The position numbers and the translations under genes were made by a program. A stretch of 58,193 bases of DNA, filler included, from Sluysia triapertura (lineage: Eukaryota), in the NCBI GenBank assembly GCA_046118255.1. It is 4 parts of 4 records of this genome, joined end to end, with 100 filler letters (N's around TTAATTAATTAA, not from the genome) between each part and the next. Parts side by side here need not be neighbours in the genome. Positions count along the whole stretch, not along the records: positions 1 to 14,395 come from JBJNIA010260955.1; 3 more parts are not named here. One strand, 5' to 3'. The notes below the pieces were generated by a model. The model was not told where the DNA came from. It saw only the letters and a program-made list of their open reading frames with translations, and did not search any database. The number at the start of each line of letters is the position of its first letter. Positions within the stretch are counted from its first letter, which is position 1. Of the stretch, positions 1-12,080 are shown in pieces.

Positions 1-2484
1 ATAATAAGTTATTGTAATTTAAGTATATTATAATTTATTTACATTGACGTAAATTATATGTTATCTAGATTACTAAGAGAAATATTATATTTTATTTAGG
101 TTATATTATGTTGGTGTAAAATGTAGTGGATGTTTATGATTGTCTGTGTTAGGGGTTTATGAATGAGCTGAACACTACAAAATGTTCAAAGATTAAAATT
201 ATGGTTAATGATATTAAAGACATTTAATACAATAATAATTAAAATAAAAAATAGAAAAAAGAAACAGAGTGGTTAAGGTTAAAATACCTCGAGCCTCCTG
301 AATACCTTATAAAGTATTTAACAACTTTATAACTATAACGAAACCTTTTAACTTGGAATAAGATAAGTTAAAATAAATAATTAATTAATTAAAATCTTAA
401 AAAACGTAATTAAAAAAATTAATTAACTTAACTTTTGAATGAGGAATTCTATGTTAAAACTGTAATTGTACATGTATGTGTTTTAAAGAGACCTTCCGAT
501 GAAGATAAGGTTTGACCAAGTTCATGCGAGGAAAGTCTCTTCATTGAGCAAAGTCGAATTTTAATTAATTTTTAATTTAAAATGATGATATTTTCATATT
601 TAGTATGATGAAGAGATGATGAGTTGAGTGTGGAGTGATTGCAATGAAATAGGAGAATCCGAAAATGAGGTTGAAATGTTTGTGAAATGGCTTGTTTCGG
701 AATGAGAAAAATAAGCATGAGCAATTGAATTAAATTGCAAAAACCAAAGTTAAATTCATCACCTTAACAATTGTTATTTTAATGTAAGAAGTAATTCATG
801 AAAAAATAGATCTAGTAGAATAGAAGAAATAATTAAGTGTTGATTGTTAATCGAATTTTTATATTCTGCTTGACAGGTTATACATGTAAGTGTCAAATGC
901 ATTATGGTCTGTTTAATCTTTTAAAGAAGTTTCGATGATATTTGTGTAAGAGTAATTTCTGATTGTGAATTTATGAATGATTGGTCGACACAAAAGTATA
1001 AAAGTTACCAAACAAAGAAAACGATGATAAAGAAAAAACATATAAGGGTAATATTTTTTAATTTTAATTTTATTTAAGTTTTTAAATATTTGAATTTAAT
1101 AAGTTTTTCTTTATATATTATTTTGGAATTCGCCCTTTGATATTCGTGTAATATTTTGTAAGTAATTTTAATATGTTTAGGGGATTACTTTTGATTTAAA
1201 TCTAGTTAAGTTATATTTATTGTTTTAGGAATCCCCGTTTGAAGTAACACTGTATCATAAAATTTAAATTGATATTTTTGGGAATTTACCTTTTGTGTCG
1301 TAACTAGATTATGTTGCATAATATCTGAAGATTAAGTTACGTAAAATTGTTTATTTATAGTTAAAAATTAATTTCTATTTGGTAATTACTAAAAATTTTA
1401 TATTGTGGATAAATATTATTTTGTTTGTGATTATTGCGTTTACATTGTGATTATTTAAAATATATTTAAGTCTTATTTTGATTTTTATCATTTGATTACT
1501 ATTAATAAAAAGGAATTTATTATTGTGTAAGAATTTTAAGAATTGCAATTATTATTAATAATATTTTTATAACATTTTAATATAAGACGCTACTCACAAT
1601 ATTAATAATAATAATAGTGAGCGTAGTAAGAATAAAGTGTGTAATATTGATGCAAATGGTTGGTGAATAAAATGATTGGCGATTCAATGCGACTTTATTT
1701 ATTTAATTTTAATTAAATTGTAACGTTGTATGAGGGTTTTGAATCACCACAACGTGGAAGATCAATTTAATAATAAATTTAGTTCAAACAAATAGAGTTG
1801 GCAAATATTCAAGAGATATAGCCCCTTCAAGATGGTCCAAATATTTCCGCATCATGAAAAAGATTTAGATTACAGTATTATTGTTAACAAATTGTTAATA
1901 AGGATTTATGTTATTTTTGTTAGAGTAATAAGTTTTAGTTTTATTTTCTGGGTTGAATAAAATAACTATTATGTCATTTGTTTCATTATTAATTTTTACT
2001 TCAGGTAACTTTTTATAGATCAACAATAATTCAAAATTCTGATTTATCACATTTTGATAAAGTGCCCCAAACTTAGTCAGTTTAACAAATAATTAATGTA
2101 TAAGAAAACTGTTTAATTCATAAATTTCCAAAATAAGTTTACTTTTTAATAGGTTTGTTTGAATATATCATGAAATACATTTTTTTAAAAATAAGTTATC
2201 AACAAACCTCCAATTTTTTAAATAATGAATAACCTTACAATTTATAGATTGACCTATATTTTAGTGTAATTCCTATTCTTAAATTATGCATTTATATTAT
2301 ATATTTTTAAATTTAAATCAATAGATTTTTTTAGTCGATGAAAGTGATTTATAAATTTATTAGTAGACTTTTATTAATCTATTTTAATTTAACTAGTTTT
2401 AAAATAGAATTGTACGATTTATAAAATATATTTAACCTTCATAATAGCTTACTTTTTTTAAGTGATTTTAGTTTTTTTATAACA

Positions 2485-3588
2485 ATGAACAAGTTGAATT
2501 TTTCCAAAGTACTAATTATTTTTCTATTTATTTAAAGTGTAGTATCTTTCTAAAGACAGAGTAAAGAAAGACATTACTGAAACAACGAAAATATACTCAG
2601 ATCTTCATCCGAAAATGGAATTATTTAGTAATATATATATATGTTTATGAAATTTATCTGCTTAGCATTTAATAATGGTGTCCAGCGTAATCTTATAGCA
2701 TTGAGTGGTACAATTAGAGTTTTTTATATTAATCAGACTTATAATATACCAATATGTGTTTATCTTCTAGAAATGTACCCAAATGAAGCTCCAATGTGCT
2801 ATGTTAGACCTACCAGTACTATGGAAATTAAACCTAATAATAATGTCGATTTTCAAGGAAGAGTTACATTACCATATCTAAATGAATGGGCTCCAGTTGG
2901 TCTTCATTTTTCATGTAATCTATCTATTTAGAATAAATCAGATATTTCAAGTTTACTTTCTATCATGCAGATTGAATTTGGTGAACGTTCACCAGTGTTT
3001 TCTAAACAAGTTTACCAACCGCCTCTATATTCAGTTTGTGGTAAGTTTATGTAAATTCAGAAATTAATTTTTCCAGGTTCTCGTATCGGTTCTGGATGGA
3101 ATTCAAGTACTAATGCATCATATCCTTCTACTAATAGCATGTCAAATCCAACAACACAATCATACGTAGCTGGAATAGGAAATCCATACCAATCACAACC
3201 ACGTTATCCGAATCATTGGGGTTCTAATGGTGGAATTAATGACGTTATGAAACTATCATTAATGAGTGCCGTTGAAGATAAAATTTGTCGTAATTTTCGA
3301 GACATTCAATCGCGTATATCTGCTGAGATGGATGCGCTCAAAACAACAAGTAGAGAGTTAGAAAAAGGTTCTGAAAAAATTAAACGATTGATTAATGACA
3401 TAGATATGGAATTGGTATGGTAATTATGTCAATTTATTATCTTTATAGACTACAGTTGATAAAACAAATCGCGATATAATAAGTGAGAAAGAAAATTTGG
3501 AAGATACATTGTTGCAGTGTGAGAAAGAAGATAATGAGTGTGTAAATTTCGATGATTCAGTGGAACCATCTGCTCCTTTGTATAAGCA
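2485..3588 (+). CDS. TSG101: Tumor susceptibility gene 101 / Vps23 (ESCRT-I subunit), exons 1-6; terminal SB-domain exon not found
   Basis: Spliced by eye: exons 2485-2508, 2543-2627, 2666-2895, 2932-3040, 3077-3414, 3449-3588, with GT-AG introns of 34, 38, 36, 36 and 34 nt. The translation has the UEV domain (TFNNGVQRNLIALSGTIRV..TYNIPICVYLLEMYPNEAPMCYVRPTSTMEIK..VDFQGRVTLPYLNEW..FGERSPVFSK), the coiled coil (SLMSAVEDKI..AEMDALKTT..LEKG) and the ..DDSVEPSAPLYKQ motif typical of TSG101. Confidence 0.95.
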
Positions 3589-4142
3589 GTTAGTATTAAT
3601 TGTGACACAAATATAATTGCACAGTTATAAAAATAAGTTGAAGTTTCAATTTCGTTGTTGATTAGGCCAAGTGTGAAATATTGCAATTAAAATATTGTAT
3701 TTGGTAAATATCATTTATATTTAAAAGTTACCGTAAACAAAATTTTGAAAAAATATATAAAAATTATAAATAATTTAATAATAATAATAATAATAGTAAT
3801 AATAATAATAATGTGCTATATGACAGTCTAAAAACTATCTATATTAATAAAATAACAATGGTATTAATAATTTTATTTTTATGGTAACAATAAAATAGTA
3901 ATCATCTTTGAACAATTCTATGGTAATTATGATCTACATTATATTTACTTTATGTGGAAAAGTTTTATCTTGAAAATAATTTAATTTTTATCTCAAGCTA
4001 CAAAAAAAACTATAAATAAACTAGAGATTCGAAAAAACTAGATTCAACAACCACATCGACCAAAGCATTACCCTGCTCTACAGCAATGTTCGGTTTTTTC
4101 TTAACTCTTCAAACAATTATAAAAATGTTAAATTTATATTTT

Positions 4143-4194
4143 GGGTCCGCCTACGTCAAACGATTTACCTATGATGGACGTCTGCGTAGGATTT
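4143..4194. repeat. Dispersed conserved hairpin, copy 1
   Basis: gggtccg-cctacg-t-caaacg-[atttacctatgatgga]-cgtctg-cgtagg-attt; same architecture as the six other copies. Confidence 0.7.
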
Positions 4195-4971
4195 TTAAAG
4201 CTTTGTCAAATGCTAGTGGAAGAATACTATAACTCTTATCTTTTCTTGTTATAAGATTCGATTTATTTTTTATGCGACTCTGTATTGGAAATCTTTATCT
4301 TATAAAATCCTTTTTTGCTTAGTGATCTACTTTGTTAAAATCCTTACGTATTTTTTGTCCTTTCAAAATTAATTTAGTTTAAAATTAGTAATTAATCAAT
4401 TCCTACAATCCTTAATCAGTATTCAAATCTTCTCCTTTTTATCTTTAACAAATTAAAAATATTCCTTGAAGAACTTTTAATCCTTTAAAAATTTTATAAT
4501 CTTTTGTTAATTTAAAATTATAATGAAAAAGAAATCTGAATTCGTAAATTTTTTATTATTAAACAATAATTCAACTTTAATAAAACAACAATATGGACAA
4601 CTTTATAAAAATTCGATTTAGTAATATAGACAATTATAATAATAACTTGATCAAAAATATAAGGCAAAATTTCAATTTATAGACAATGATAAAATTTCGG
4701 TTAAACAATATGAGTAATTTTTTATAAGACAATAAAAATTCAATTTAATATAATTATAACAATAATATGTAATTTATAGGTTTAGTGGATTTTAACTCAG
4801 GAATTACTCGTGAGTTTTTTCTAATATTTGTATGAATGATTTTAAGTTTATTTTAAGACCGTTTATAATCGGGTCTATAACTTACAATGAAAAGCTTACT
4901 AAATCAGTAATAATCCCGAGCAAGATAAGCCAAATTGAAATGATGATCAACAAATTGAGTGGTTCCAAATC

Positions 4972-5113
4972 AATTATACCAATGATCGATTCCAAAATTA
5001 ATTATACCAGTTGAATCGTAATCGAATGTACCAAATTAAGATAAATTATACCAATGATTGATTCCAAATTAATTGTACCAATTGACCGTAATCGAATGTA
5101 CCAAATTAAAATA
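4972..5113. repeat. Tandem duplication, ~70-72 bp unit x2
   Basis: aattataccaatgat(c/t)gattccaaa..gtaatcgaatgtaccaaattaa occurs at 4972-5043 and 5044-5113. Confidence 0.85.
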
Positions 5114-6634
5114 ACCAAAAAACTTTTGTCTCTTTAAGAACTATATCTTTTCACTCGTGTTTTATAAATTAGTGCTATTTAATGTTTTCGTTAGAGCTTT
5201 TATACTCTTTTTAGCTCGTCTGTTTATAAATGTTCAGTAATTATATAATTATTTATTTAGCGTAAATTTCCTTATTCGATTATTATAATTTCCGTAGTTA
5301 AATATGAATTTTTCGAATAAACATCCTTATTTTTTGTAATAATAAAGATAAATTAAATCATCATAATGTAAGTTTCTAAAATAAACATAAAATAAATTTT
5401 CAAATAAACATAAATATTGTTATAATTGTTTATAAAATTATTATATTTTTACAATTAATTATTATTAGTTCATAATTTCAATTAAAATTATTATTATTTA
5501 GAATTAAATTAATATGTTTTTTACAATTACTATTTTCATTATTACTATTTATTTTTCAAATTTACAAGAATTTTACAATTATTATTATACACATAATTTT
5601 ATTTTTCTTCGGATATATTATTTACAGTATGTTTTGCATACTGTTGTTTTCTAGCGTCTTTTATCTTCTAAAGTATATTTATAATTAAGAGTGACTGTCA
5701 AGTTCTAATGAAATATCTCCTTTTACTTGTAGTTTTGCTTCACTTTTCTACGTTAAAACTGATTCAGATTTTTTGTATAATTTCAATAACTTCAGTTCTT
5801 CAAATGTTATCATTTGTGGTAATATACCACGTTTTACAACGTAAGAGCCACAATTTTATGTCAAATAAAAATATTTACTTTTAGTTTCTGAAATCATTTT
5901 GTCAGTTTTATAAACTATTTGAAATTCTGCAATAAGATTACGTTCTAATTTCATTCGTTCTTGGTATGCATTTTCTAAGGTATCATTGTTTTTCGAATAA
6001 GAATTTTCTTGGAATTTAAGGTTTGATTTAGTGCAATAAAATAATAAAATATTTAGTTACAATTTCAACACGATTTATAGAAATAAATAATTTTTGGAGA
6101 AATTCCGTGTTAGTTTAATAATTTATAATTTTATTTTGAAGTGTTTGAACGCTTGTCGGTTAATTTAGAGTTTAGTTGTTAGTGGTATTTTTTCAATATA
6201 CTTTTAAGTGAAAAGTTGAACCACCACAATTATGATAACTATTATTATTATTTTGTTAAAACTATCTCAATATTTGAATAAATTTGTGTCAAATGTCACA
6301 TTTCATTTAAAATCATCTAAAAGAATACATATATTTACAAAAATGCCTTTTTGTATTCAGTAATTTGTCCAATATGAAATGACCAAATGATAGAAATTCA
6401 AAAAATATTTTTAATCAAAACAACATCCATTTAATTTAAACATCGTTTTATAAATAAATTTCATTTTACGTATTATTTTATCAAAATATGAACGAACTAA
6501 ACTCAATTTAAATTTAATGAGCAATTGATCGCCTTACATTTTGAAAGACAAAAATACATGTCCAGTCCGTTTCTGCAGCCCACATTTATTTCAAATGAAT
6601 ATTAACGCTTCTTACCCGTGGGTAGTGTTTTATA

Positions 6635-6664
6635 AGTGACGCATGGATACGTCAAAGAGGTTAA
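6635..6664 (-). mobile_element. piggyBac-like transposon end
   Basis: Reverse complement reads TTAA-CCTCTTTGACGTATCCATGCGTCAC (TTAA target followed by CC-pyrimidine terminus). Confidence 0.4.
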
Positions 6665-6723
6665 CAAGTTAATTATAAGTATAATTATTTTAAATATTAT
6701 TATCAATTTATAATTATAAACAG

Positions 6724-6993
6724 TTTATCCACCAGATGTCAATGTTAATTCGAAATATTCTACAAATGATTATTATTTTTCTTACGATGGAAATATTAAT
6801 AGATCTGAAAGTAAAACTGATTGCCGGAATTGGGTTGATGTTTTAACTACATTTCAAATTACTTACGCGAATTTCTTGTATGCTAATCCGTTTAGAGCAT
6901 TAAATTACTGTCGACAAATCAATGTTAATGAAAAACTTCAGTGTATTACAAATCAAGGAAGTATAGAAACATGTGACATACCAAAATTAATAG
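6724..6993 (+). CDS. Exon encoding a kringle domain (four-cysteine variant)
   Basis: AG acceptor at 6722-6723 and GT donor at 6994, phase 1-1, open frame: ..NDYYFSYDGNINRSESKTDCRNW..RALNYCRQINVNEKLQCITNQGSIETCDIPKLI. This matches the kringle pattern Y.G....T....C..W...NYCR...C......E.CDIP. It is absent from the ORF track because it has no start codon. Confidence 0.8.
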
Positions 6994-8278
6994 GTGTTAA
7001 TTATATTTATTAAAAAACTTCAGTTCATTTATTTATTAATAATATTGTCTTTAGAATTATCTACTATTTTTTTACCTCTACGTACCATGATGCCATTTTT
7101 GATATATTATAAAAAGCCTTTTTAATGAAATTAAAATAACACAATATATTAGATAAATACAAGATATTAAATTAAATCTTTGTTAGGTCTTGTAATTTTG
7201 ATATCAATTATGTTAAATTAGTAGCTGGTATGACTTGCAATAGGACGTTAAATTAGTTCAAATTGAAGCATTAGAGTATAACACGTTAAAAGTATTTTTT
7301 CGATGAATTAGAATAACCAATACAACTCACCTGACAAGAACTGTAACTTCGTTAAATATAGAATTGTCATTGTAAATTTTTAAGTATTTCATCAGTAATA
7401 ATATTATATGAAGTGCTTCAGAAGAATCAGGATTGTGAAGAAGTTTAAGAAGCTTAAATTTCAAGAAGCGAAATTGATGAATCAAAGTTGATGAAGTTGC
7501 GTTACTGGAAATATAAAGTATTGAATCAAGACAAAAGGCTTAGCTTCTTGAGATTTAACTTCTTAATAAGCAATAAATAATTTTATAACTTCGTTTAATA
7601 TAATTAGACACTTTATTAACTCTTAACATTGTTATCTTTAAAAACATTAAGTTCATTGGAATTAGAATATTGAAAGAGCGGTAACGTGATTAAGTAATAA
7701 AAGCCAGATATTCCTTTATTTATCAATAGAAGAATCATCAAATAAACTAGTTTTAACAACATTTTATCATCTCGTTTGGCATACACCGTTTCGTTAATTT
7801 TTTAGGTGAACTTTTTGTGATATGTCGAAATGTTTGGCAGTAATTCCAGGCGAATATGACAATTTTAATGAATCAAAATTAAATAACTTCGAATCTTGAC
7901 AATGAATTAAAGAACAAAACACATGATGGTGTTGAAAATCAATTTTAAAATTTTATGTTTTTATTGCTTTTTGTCTACTCAATGTTTAACTGACGAATCT
8001 CAACAAAAATATCACTCCAATGTCAATTTATTATTACTGTCAACAATTTCTTGTGACCAAATTGAGACCAGTTTAATTCCACAGTCTTTGGTGAACTTTA
8101 GCGCTTTGTTAGAATTATCGAATTTATTTGCATTATTAACAATAATAATGTAATGAAATTACATTAAAGTAACATTAAAATAATTTAAAATAAATTAAAT
8201 TCTTTAACTATAACACAAGAACATCAAGAAACTGAAAAAACTTAAAATTTCGAAAATCGAATTGAAAACAATTCATAA

Positions 8279-8545
8279 ATGTACTCAAAAATAATAGAAA
8301 GAATAAAGCTTACCACATTTAATTGGCCAAGAAAGAAATCCCATAGGATAAGCAAAAACACCATAAACGTGAAAAGACATGAAAATCAAGTTGCTGATAA
8401 CTCCAACGTCAAAAAACTGATCTCAAATTTCAAACATATTAAGGTACCAAATTGTATTTAATATGAAAATATGCTTGAATTAGTTCTAGATATTGTTGAA
8501 CCATTGCCGTAAAATTTCAAAAATGGAAACGATATTCCGAAATGA
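8279..8545 (+). mobile_element. Gypsy-type LTR retrotransposon integrase remnant
   Basis: One frame with stops: KIIERIKLTTFNWP (zinc-binding-region K...RI...F.WP) followed in frame by LELVLDIVEPLP*NFKNGNDI (cf. PF....D..GPLP....GN.Y at the start of the rve core). Confidence 0.55.
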
Positions 8546-9654
8546 AAATAATTTAATAGTCGATTCGTTTGTACGCGACAAGATTGAGTCGCGTGATCAT
8601 ACTCCCTATTTATCTTTAGAATGTCCCAGTAAATGTTGCATATCGATTATCTGTGTGTCTTCTTAGTCTTATGTCAATGTAAAAAAGGACAAATGTTTCC
8701 CTTACCAATTCGAAAATAAAATTCAATAAAATAACATTGAACCTTTTGAATTACTAAAGTATCCTACACTTAAAACTATATGAACTTAAAGAAATCTCTG
8801 GTCTCTTGACCTACGACGTATTAGTGTTAAACTAAACCTCAGTCGTTCTTCTGACCTACTAAAATGTAAAATAATTTAATTCAACATACATTTGGTAGCA
8901 GTAGATCTAAGTAGCACTATTCAGATTATGATCCTAACATATTGTTTTATTTAAAATTGCATTCTAAAATTCTGAATTTAAGTTATTACACAACTTTCAA
9001 ATAACCATCGCTAAGAATCCTGATCATAAAACAATATTTATTTATTCTAACTTGTGTCAACAATATGTTCATAAGATTAAATTTGATGATGCTAAAGCCA
9101 ATTTCATAACTTATGACTATTGTAATCTTATTGCAAACCTTAAAGGTTCCATAAAAGAAATTATTTAATATCTAAGCAATACTATAGTGGTTATTTTTTA
9201 AAATATCTCAGAAACTAGTATTAGCTACTAAGTACGAACTTCTTGCTTCAGGTACAATATCTAAATAAACGAATTTTTTCTATAATTCATATTACTCTTG
9301 GTCGTCAGACCAATTTCTGCCGTTATAACACCTTAAACAATCCACATCCGCCAGATACATCTTCGTGTGTTTTGTAAATTTGTAATTGAAGTGTTATTTG
9401 ACACTTATTTGACATTTCAAATCTCATCTAGAAATATTAGAATCTTAAATCACTTTACGGATAATCAATGCATTTATTATGGCTAAAATTGCAACAAATT
9501 CAGAGATTTTTTCTATCGTATTACAGTAATCACTTTCATAATATAGAAATTTATGATAAGTTTTTGCTTGTATTTGTTATTAATTTCATCATAGTGCTGA
9601 GTAAGTGTTTTATTTACTTTTAACCTTAACCTGGCAAAATAGTTTTAATCTCAT

Positions 9655-9706
9655 GGTCCGTTCACAATCTACGTCTTACGCTCAAAGAGGGCGTAATTGT
9701 AGAAAT
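9655..9706. repeat. Dispersed hairpin, copy 2 (most divergent), ~50 nt past the protease stop
   Basis: ggtccg..tctacg-tc-ttacgctc-[aaaga]-gggcgtaa-t-tgtaga-aat; followed by ataaaagatttt, as in copies 6 and 7. Confidence 0.55.
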
Positions 9707-9756
9707 ACGACGATAACAGTATTCTTAAAATAAAAGATTTTAGCAACTTCGAGGGT

Positions 9757-10065
9757 TTATATATCACACTGTAAACCAAATTGTGATAATACACCCATGC
9801 CTAATATCATATCTTCTGGACATTTTCTCATTACCCAACATTTTATTTGAATTTTGTTTTGTCCGATTTCACGTAATATTTTTAATACTCCTAGAATTCC
9901 AATTTCATCTCCAGTTATTCCTGTTAAATATGAATGTTGTTTAACTAAATTGTTTAATTCCTTAGTAGTTAATAACAATTCACTTATTAATGAGGCAAAA
10001 GCTCCTTTATCAACTAATGCAGATTACATTCTTCCATTAACTCTCATGTCTACCATAGGTCTTCG
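9757..10065 (-). pseudogene. Retropepsin-like (A2 family) aspartic protease domain at the C-terminus of the polyprotein
   Basis: RRPMVDMRVNGRM*SALVDKGAFASLIS..LTGITGDEIGILG..CWVM..DMILGMGVLSQFG: catalytic ALVD(T>K)GA motif (one nucleotide from DTG), flap GITG and C-terminal ILG motif. Confidence 0.85.
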
Positions 10066-10203
10066 TGCACTGTTATAATTATTATTAGCACAAATCATAT
10101 AAATTAGATTTCTTGGAGGTGGTTGATATAAACTTTGTTTTTCTTCTTTGATTGGTTCAATATCTATTGTTTGTAATGCTATTTTTTCAGTTTGTTTTTT
10201 CTA

Positions 10204-12080
10204 TTTCTTTAAAGCATTTAATTGAGCGTGCGCATGATGTAACAAGAACGCTAAATGGAAAACTAAAAATGGAAAACATCCAATTATTAATTTCCACGTA
10301 AAACCTGATATTTTATAAATACCTACAACTGAAAATATTTGAGAGATTACAAGTGCAATAACTTTAATTAATACATATATTCCTATAAAACCTGAAAAAG
10401 CTTGACCTATAACTAAAAAATTTTCCCAAATTTGTTTTAAAGTATTATGTACTCCTTTCTTAAAATGATCGGGTCCTAGTAGTAACTCAAAGTTTATCTT
10501 TCAATCTTTTTCTAGTATTGCTTTATCAACTATGTTAGTAAGTATCTTAGATCTTTTAATTGGGAATAAGATTTCGTGCCAAGCCGCTTCAGTGTCTTCA
10601 TTTGAATAGATTCCTGATCTTGGAATGTTTTAATTTTAATTTTGTTTTCAACTATGTTAATCCTATAATTTCCGGAGTTTTAACTTGACTTCTGTGTGGT
10701 AAAGATATCCAAAGATTATCATCGATTTTATATTCTGGAGAAATCACATTAGAGCAGTGTAGTGTTTTTGGTTTCAATTTATTAGTTGGCATAATAATTC
10801 TAGTAACTGGTTCTAAATAAGTATTTTGATTTTTATACATTACCTGTAATTCATTAGTGCATTCGCTTTCTTGTCTTATTTGCACTTCAACCTTTTTACA
10901 TTTGTATGTATATAGAACTTCACCCATCAGCCTACCAAATACTCCTTCTTCTAACGGACGTAATGGTGCTACTAAATCTGGGTTAGTTATTGCTACAGCT
11001 AATTTCGTTCTTAATATTTCTTTGTTTAATTGACAATCTCTAGATATCAGAGCTTGATAAACTTTTTTTAATGACATAAGTCCTAAATCAATTTTATTGT
11101 TAAAATATGTATTTAATTGTAGATTCTTTGTGTCTATTCCTTTCTTGGCTTGAAGTATTGTCTTTTCTGATAAATATATTCCTTGGTACTTTGTTTTTGT
11201 GATTTCTTGTCCACATCTAATTTCTTCGATACAAATATTAATCCATCTTCTTCTTTGTTTGCCATTAAAATTTTCGGAGTTTTAATTTCATTAAGTCTTT
11301 TTCTTTCCGGTACATCTAAATTAACTTTATAGATTTGTTTTTTATTTATTTCTTATACAGCTAATGCATCTTCGTTTTGATACATAAATCCCGAAATTAA
11401 ATTATATTTAATTTGTTTCAAAGATAATAATGGACACTGGAATTTTTCTAATACATATATTAACATAGATTCACCGGTATCACAACTGGTTTGATCACTC
11501 TTACAAAATGGTCTGGACATCATAGTGCCTTTTTCTAAGTTGAAACTTTCATTAAAAAATTTTAAACTCACTACGTATGTTTCCTGCGCGACGACATTAT
11601 GATAAATTTTTCCTTCTCATTCTATTGACCCTCGCTCACAAGTACCGCCCATTAATACATTACCAGCTGTTCTGACATTATAAATTATTTTCTCATTATT
11701 TTTAATTTTAAGTTTATCTGCTTTATTTAAACTTGTGTATCCAGTTTCGAAAACATTGCGACAATTGTTAGGCGATATTTTAAATGGTTTTAACACATTT
11801 GTTATATGTATTATTGAAGAGTAACTGTGGTGTCCACAACACAAAATAACTACAGATCTTTTACTAAGCATTCTTTAACCAGTGTTGCAACTAGATGTCC
11901 TTCTTCGTAAACATTTAGTATTTTAATATCTTTTATTTTGACTTTATTTGGCCTCGATTCCGGACAATCTTCGGTGTCCAATAAAGAAAATTGGCTACAG
12001 TCAAAAGCTTCTATAGCATTGGTTTTATGAATTCCAAATAATTCCAATAAAACACATTATAAATAACACATTATTTAGTG
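10204..12080 (-). pseudogene. Chuvirus (Jingchuvirales)-like class III fusion glycoprotein / env, decayed
   Basis: Across frameshifts: signal peptide NVLFIMCFIG..TNA; IEAFDCS.QFSLLDTEDCP; KECLVKRSVVILCCGHHSYSS; CRNVFETG; AGNVLMGGTCERG; CDTG; CGQEITKT; YFNNK; YQALISRDCQLNKEIL..AITNPD..GEVLYTYKCKKVEV..CTNELQV..YLEPVTRII..C..P.Y....W; SGIYS..EILFP; TM region IWENFLVIGQAFSGFIGIYVLIK..GFTWKLIIG. This motif order is the one I recognise from chuvirus-type glycoproteins and their endogenous copies. Confidence 0.85.

Noticed and set aside
5650-6030. Coding-like minus-strand stretch (ENAYQERMKLERNLIAEF..); similar remnants at 16430-17090 and 20620-20820
   Set aside because: Interrupted by stops and not assignable to any family by eye.
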